Shown here: in pieces, positions 18,431-22,912 of the stretch
How positions within the stretch are numbered: position 1 is the first letter of the stretch
Layout: every line of letters begins with the position of its first letter
The notes under the pieces: generated by a model
What the model was told of the DNA's origin: nothing
Database searches by the model: none
Seen by the model: the letters and a program-made list of their open reading frames with translations, nothing else
Made by a program: the position numbers and the translations under genes
Source of the DNA: Desulfurella sp.
GTDB taxonomy: Bacteria; Campylobacterota_A; Desulfurellia; Desulfurellales; Desulfurellaceae
DNA length: 22,912 nucleotides
Reading direction: 5' to 3'
Assembly (NCBI GenBank): GCA_031960885.1
Contig: JAVRLY010000017.1
Span: 1-22,912 of the forward strand

Positions 18431-19712
18431 AAATATGTGTTTTTCTATCTTTTGATTTTGGAATTTTGAGTTCTTTGCGGTATTTTACAATCGCACGCCT
18501 TGTGACCTGTATGTTATTTTTTATTAATATTTGTCTAAGCGATTCGTCGTCAAGCGGATTTGATGTATCTTCTTGCATAATGGCTGTTTTTATGATTTCT
18601 AAAATTCTATGTTTTGAGATTCCTTCTTTTGATTCATTGGAAAAAAATACCTTGAATGGGTAGATTTTTGATTTAAACAAAATATATTTGTTTGAAAGAG
18701 CCCTGCTTATTGTAGAAACGCTGTATCCAATCAACAATGCTATTTGTGACATTGAAAGAGGTTGTAATATACCTTTTTCAAAAAAAGATCTTTGTTTTTC
18801 CACCACAATATTAGCAATTTTTAGAAGTGTTTGGTAGCGCATATTTAATGCATCTTGTATAATTCTTATTTCTTTGAGCTTATCTTTTAAAAAATTTTCA
18901 TTTCCTATTTGGCCAATTAATTTATCATCAATGGTTAATTTATTTAAAAATTCATCATTAATGATTGGAATAAAATCACTACCAATCTGTTTTATCTCTA
19001 TATCGTAGTATATTAGGTCTTGATTATTTGCTTTTATATAGCCGTATAGTGGGTAAGGTTTAAAAGCTTTAATTTTGTCTAAAAAGAACTGTACTTGCTT
19101 GTTACTATAATGAAGCTTTTGAAGCTTCCTCATGTCAAGGCCAAAAACAAAGATAGATTCGATAAATTTGTTCAGACTTTCAAAATACGGTTCATTTTTA
19201 TAAAAAAACTCGTTTTGTAAATAAAAAAATTCTTGCGTATTTTTACTTGCGCAGCCAAGCGGATCTAGATTCATGATTAGTAATCTTATATAATCAAATT
19301 TTTCATCTATTTCATAATCTGATAAAAAACCTTTTTCATCAATATTGTTAATAATTTGTTCAGCTACTGTTAATTCTTTTTGGCTTAAATTATATGATAG
19401 GCTTAAATCTTCAAATAATTTTTGCTCAAGGGTTTTTTCTTCCTCGATAAAATCTAATTCATCATATTCTTCTTCGTTTTCAAATCTTACTTTATAACTT
19501 TGTTTCAACTCCTTAAATTTACTCTCAAAATAATTATTTTGCGCATACTTATAATCTCTATCTATATCAATTAGCGGATTAAATAAAACCAATTCATTAA
19601 TTTGTTCTTGCAAATCAATCATGCTTGCACTCAAAATCTTTAGTGATAAATCAAGCTGATGGGTAAGAACCAAACCTAAGTTTATATTTAATTCATGCCT
19701 TAGCTCTATCAT
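18423..19712 (-). CDS. rpoN: RNA polymerase sigma-54 factor
   Basis: L/Q-rich region I, NP.I, NIDEKGFL, LDPLGC, PLSMSQIA..IGYSVSTISRA HTH, PLDD, RpoN-box-like TRRAIVKYRKEL.IP. Follows lptB. Confidence 0.92.
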   Translation of the reverse strand: MIELRHELNINLGLVLTHQLDLSLKILSASMIDLQEQINELVLFNPLIDIDRDYKYAQNNYFESKFKELKQSYKVRFENEEEYDELDFIEEEKTLEQKLFEDLSLSYNLSQKELTVAEQIINNIDEKGFLSDYEIDEKFDYIRLLIMNLDPLGCASKNTQEFFYLQNEFFYKNEPYFESLNKFIESIFVFGLDMRKLQKLHYSNKQVQFFLDKIKAFKPYPLYGYIKANNQDLIYYDIEIKQIGSDFIPIINDEFLNKLTIDDKLIGQIGNENFLKDKLKEIRIIQDALNMRYQTLLKIANIVVEKQRSFFEKGILQPLSMSQIALLIGYSVSTISRALSNKYILFKSKIYPFKVFFSNESKEGISKHRILEIIKTAIMQEDTSNPLDDESLRQILIKNNIQVTRRAIVKYRKELKIPKSKDRKTHIYV

Positions 19713-19714
19713 AA

Positions 19715-20425
19715 TTATAGTTTAAATGTTTCGCCTAAATATATCTTGGCTAACCTTTCATCATTTACAATATCCATTTTAGAGCCTTCTTTAATAACTT
19801 TGCCATCATATAGTATATAGGCTTTATCGACTATATCAAGTGTTTCTCTAACATTATGGTCTGTAATTATAATGCCAAGACCTTTTTCTTTTAAATCAAA
19901 AATCATTTTTTTAAGTTGTTCTACCATTAATGGATCTATGCCAGAAAATGGCTCATCTAAAAGCAAGAATTTGGGATTAGTTGCAAGGGCGCGTGCAACC
20001 TCAACTCGTCTGCGCTCTCCCCCGCTTATTGCGTAAGCTTTGGTTTTTCTTATGCTTGTTAAGTTAAATTCTTCAAGTAATTCTTCTAAGAGTTTTTTTT
20101 TATCTTTTACATCAATAAATTCAAGTACAGCATAAATATTTTGCTCTACGCTAAGACCGCTAAACACAGATGGTTCTTGAGGTAGATATGAAATTCCAAT
20201 TTTAGAGCGCTTATAAATGGGCATCTTTGTAATATCTTGACCATCAAGCAAAATTTGGCCACTATTTGGCTTAATAAAGCCAGAGATCATATAAAAGGTG
20301 GTAGTTTTCCCAGCTCCATTTGGACCGAGCAATCCTACAATTTCACCTTTTTTGGCAATCAAACTAATGCCAGAGACGGCAACTTTTGTTTTATACTTTT
20401 TGACAATGTTTCTACACTCAATCAT
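19715..20425 (-). CDS. lptB: LPS export ABC transporter ATPase LptB
   Basis: GEIVGLLGPNGAGKTTTFYM, YLPQEPSVF, SGGERRRVEVARALA, LLDEPFSGIDP, ITDHNVRETL, YLGETF. Confidence 0.96.
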   Translation of the reverse strand: MIECRNIVKKYKTKVAVSGISLIAKKGEIVGLLGPNGAGKTTTFYMISGFIKPNSGQILLDGQDITKMPIYKRSKIGISYLPQEPSVFSGLSVEQNIYAVLEFIDVKDKKKLLEELLEEFNLTSIRKTKAYAISGGERRRVEVARALATNPKFLLLDEPFSGIDPLMVEQLKKMIFDLKEKGLGIIITDHNVRETLDIVDKAYILYDGKVIKEGSKMDIVNDERLAKIYLGETFKL

Positions 20426-20433
20426 ATTATAGC

Positions 20434-20461
20434 ATTATATACTAAAGCGCTTTAATTTCAA
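20434..20461 (-). promoter_or_regulatory. Sigma70-type promoter directly upstream of lptB
   Basis: TTGAAA (20461-20456), 16 nt spacer, TATAAT (20439-20434), 8 nt, ATG. A second TATAAT (20431-20426) abuts the ATG. Confidence 0.6.
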
Positions 20462-20505
20462 ATAATTTATCGATGGTTGAGTAAAAATTTAATTTTTGCA
20501 CATAG

Positions 20506-20533
20506 TTGACTTTGCGCTTATTGGAGCTATAAT
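20506..20533 (+). promoter_or_regulatory. Sigma70-type promoter upstream of ORF 20542
   Basis: TTGACT (20506-20511), 16 nt spacer, TATAAT (20528-20533), 8 nt, ATG. Confidence 0.65.
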
Positions 20534-20541
20534 TTATTTTT

Positions 20542-21033
20542 ATGAATAACTCAATTTTGGATTATTTAATCTTAACATTTCTTAATATTAACCCAATTTT
20601 TGGCGGTAAGCTAATAGCTGTTGCTTATCTAAGTCTTGCAAATTTGAATCCTTTTTTATCTATTCTTGTTATTGTATTAACTGAAATTGTATTTTGCTCA
20701 ATAAGTTTTCACTTTGCAAATTACTTTAGAAAATTAAAAATTTTTAGCAAAAAGTTATCTAATATAGATGAAAAGTGGGTAAAAAGTGGAGCATATGTTG
20801 GTTTTTTTGTTGGCCAGCTGTTTGTAGGTGAGTTGTTTATTGCATTAATGTTTGGCTTAGTAGAGGATAAGAAAAATATAGTTGTATATTTTTACATACC
20901 CATGGTTGTAAGCACCTTGTTATATACGTTGGTTTATTACTATCTTACGCTTCATGGAGTAAATGTAATTAAGGATTATGCAGTTTTGACAAAACAGGTA
21001 AATATTTACAAACAATTTCTAAAATTTATATAA
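20542..21033 (+). CDS. Hypothetical integral membrane protein (about 4 TM)
   Basis: 163 aa ORF with hydrophobic segments separated by a basic loop, preceded by a good promoter. Loose resemblance to small multidrug-export (COG2426)/DedA-like topology is unverified. Confidence 0.65.
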   Translation: MNNSILDYLILTFLNINPIFGGKLIAVAYLSLANLNPFLSILVIVLTEIVFCSISFHFANYFRKLKIFSKKLSNIDEKWVKSGAYVGFFVGQLFVGELFIALMFGLVEDKKNIVVYFYIPMVVSTLLYTLVYYYLTLHGVNVIKDYAVLTKQVNIYKQFLKFI

Positions 21034-21117
21034 TTGGTTTATAGAGTATGGCTTTTTGTTATGTAATTTGTTGTTTTAAAGGTATTGCAAAATTGTTTGA
21101 CGATTTTTAAGAGTACG

Positions 21118-21627
21118 ATGAGTGTGTTAACAAAATTTATTGGCTTGGTATTTATAATTATTTCTTTTTTTACATTAAACAGTTGTGTTAGTGTTCAATC
21201 TTTAAGTGGAAATTTCGCACCAATACTTCCTATGCAAGTCAAAAATGATAGTTTTTTGGGCAAGCATGTTAGATTTGGTGGAACCATAATATCTACGCTG
21301 CCTTTATCGAATGGTACAACGTGTTTTGTGGTATTGGGGTTAAAATTACACAATAACGGAAAGCCGTATGATAAAAAACCACAGAATTTTGTTGGTAGGT
21401 TCATCTCGTGCACAAAGGGCTATTACGATCCAGAAATTTACCAAAAAGACATGAAAATAACCTTTATTGGAACAATATCGTCTCTTAAGAAAGAAAAAGT
21501 TGGGGATTTTGAATATCTTTATCCAGTTGTTGATGCAAAAAATTTATATTTATGGCCAAAAGAAGAAAAAGAAAATAACAACTATTTGCCGTGTTTTAGA
21601 TCATACAGCTTATTGCCATGTCCGTGA
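21118..21627 (+). CDS. Slp-family outer membrane lipoprotein
   Basis: From ATG 21118: signal peptide with lipobox LNS|C, then VRFGGTII, GRFI, GYYDPEIY, ITFIGTI, VGDFEYLYPVV, LYLW, the Slp/YeaY pattern. Confidence 0.82.
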   Translation: MSVLTKFIGLVFIIISFFTLNSCVSVQSLSGNFAPILPMQVKNDSFLGKHVRFGGTIISTLPLSNGTTCFVVLGLKLHNNGKPYDKKPQNFVGRFISCTKGYYDPEIYQKDMKITFIGTISSLKKEKVGDFEYLYPVVDAKNLYLWPKEEKENNNYLPCFRSYSLLPCP

Positions 21628-21633
21628 TAGTTT

Positions 21634-22431
21634 ATGAAAATACTATTTGCCATTCTATTTTTTGTTTTTATATTTAGTCTTTTTTCTTTCTCGCATGCAA
21701 ACACAATCGAAAACTGTAAAACGCAATTATTAGATAAACATTATAAAAGAGCAATAAAAAGTTGCGAAAATTCAATTTTGAATAAGCACAAAAGCGGTTA
21801 TTTTTATTTAGGCAAAGTATATTTAAATTTAGATCAACCTTTAACAGCAATTGATTTTTTTAAGAAATTTAAACATTATTCTACCAAAGAATATGCAATA
21901 GGTAAAGTTGATAGGTATATAGCAATTTCATACCTAAACTTATACCTTAATAATAAATTCCTTTATTATAAAGATAATTTCATAACTTTATCTTTGTGTG
22001 AGGGATATCAAACAAACTTGTATATGCTAATGAATAATTTGTCAGCTTTGAATTTGATTAATAAACTATATAAAAAAGCTATTATGTATTTTCACCAATC
22101 TTTAAAATTTTCAAACAGAACCTATTATGCTAAAATATTTAACGATTTAGCTTATTTGTACTTTTTTAATAGAAATTTTAATAAAGCTGTATCTTTTGAA
22201 AAAAAAGCAATAAAATATGCACAAGAAAACTCAAACCTCCATAATTTGCCGTTGTATCTTTTAAATCTAAGCTATTTTAAGCTTGTCAAAAATCGTAACA
22301 ATACAACAAGTAAGAATTGGCAAGAAAGTTATTTTAATTTTCTTACTAATGTTAAAAAATTTGCATTGATTGTATCAAAACAACATACGCAAATAGGAAA
22401 AATTATAGATAATACAATCAATGCAAATTAA
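21634..22431 (+). CDS. Secreted TPR-like repeat protein, function unknown
   Basis: Signal peptide ending SHA|N. TPR-like helices (YKRAIKSC, YFYLGKVYLNLDQPLTAIDFF, YKKAIMYFHQSL, FNDLAYLYF..NFNKAVSFEKKAI). Confidence 0.7.
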   Translation: MKILFAILFFVFIFSLFSFSHANTIENCKTQLLDKHYKRAIKSCENSILNKHKSGYFYLGKVYLNLDQPLTAIDFFKKFKHYSTKEYAIGKVDRYIAISYLNLYLNNKFLYYKDNFITLSLCEGYQTNLYMLMNNLSALNLINKLYKKAIMYFHQSLKFSNRTYYAKIFNDLAYLYFFNRNFNKAVSFEKKAIKYAQENSNLHNLPLYLLNLSYFKLVKNRNNTTSKNWQESYFNFLTNVKKFALIVSKQHTQIGKIIDNTINAN

Positions 22432-22910
22432 TCATAATACTTTGGTGCAAATTCTATTGATTTAAAAAACTGAGGGTCATGACCATACCATATTTTTGCA
22501 TTCAAAAAACTAGCAAGTTCTTTTAAAGATATAATTGAATAATAAGCCTCTTTTGTATTTGATGCAACACCAGGAGTTATATTATTTTCAATATTTTCCT
22601 TAAGCGGTGCAACATCTCCAGCAATAATCACTGGTCCGTAATGATGTAAATTTACAATTACGCTTTGATGGCCGACGGTATGCCCTGGCGTAGGTAAAAT
22701 AAGCATTTTATTGTTGAATAAGCTTTTAATGCCTACAATTGGCTCCCAATTAATCGATGGATCTTTAATATCTTTATCTACGTAGCCATGTTCTATGTTT
22801 GAATCATAGAAATAAGCTGCCCTTAATTCTTCTAATTGAACGATCACTTTTGCATTTTTAAACAGTTTAGTATTAGCTGCATGGTCAAAATGCAAGTGCG
22901 TTTGTATGAT
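22428..22910 (-). CDS. Metallo-beta-lactamase-fold hydrolase, N-acyl-homoserine-lactonase family (5' end outside the window)
   Basis: The frame stays open past the track's TTG start and reads IIQTHLHFDHAAN (HxHxDH), then TPGHTVGHQS, IIAGD, WYGHD. Confidence 0.85.
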   Translation of the reverse strand: MIQTHLHFDHAANTKLFKNAKVIVQLEELRAAYFYDSNIEHGYVDKDIKDPSINWEPIVGIKSLFNNKMLILPTPGHTVGHQSVIVNLHHYGPVIIAGDVAPLKENIENNITPGVASNTKEAYYSIISLKELASFLNAKIWYGHDPQFFKSIEFAPKYYD

Positions 22911-22912
22911 AT

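Noticed and set aside
21085..21117. TTG start for the Slp gene
   Set aside because: ATG 21118 gives a normal-length lipoprotein signal peptide ending in LNS|C.
20462..21117. Sigma54 promoters near rpoN (TTGC motifs near 20496 and 20512, TGGC at 21049)
   Set aside because: None shows the required GG-N10-GC spacing. The same holds for the TTGC at 4188.
392..21413. Short ORFs (61-108 aa) in the track that are antisense to or nested in larger genes, e.g. 392-637, 1453-1704, 13008-13334, 16011-16250, 17319-17522, 21195-21413
   Set aside because: They lie within (or almost entirely within) well-supported genes and have no recognisable motifs. They are shadow ORFs.
1..22912. CRISPR arrays, tRNA/rRNA, riboswitches, IS elements, prophage or defence genes
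   Set aside because: No regular repeats or transposase/integrase motifs. The intergenic gaps are short, AT-rich and explained by promoters.

Overview
AT-rich bacterial chromosomal window, densely coding, with no rRNA, tRNA, CRISPR or mobile element visible. The gene content suggests a Gram-negative deep-branching lineage, possibly Desulfurella-like (inference only). Left: a minus-strand LIV-type ABC transporter operon (SBP, two permeases, two ATPases) with a near-consensus sigma70 promoter. Divergent from it: secA, an ogt-like methyltransferase, a serine palmitoyltransferase (Spt)-like enzyme and a GNAT protein resembling bacterial ceramide synthase. This unit converges on an ~11 kb gap-free minus-strand run: lptB-rpoN-rnr-remA-gmk-rpoZ-spoT-mreB-mreC-mreD-mrdA. 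Right end: a membrane protein, an Slp-family lipoprotein, a secreted TPR-like protein and a partial AHL-lactonase-family metallo-hydrolase. The most notable signal is the translationally coupled spt + cerS-like pair (7064-9345), which points to sphingolipid/ceramide synthesis embedded among housekeeping genes. All family assignments come from motif recognition, not database searches.
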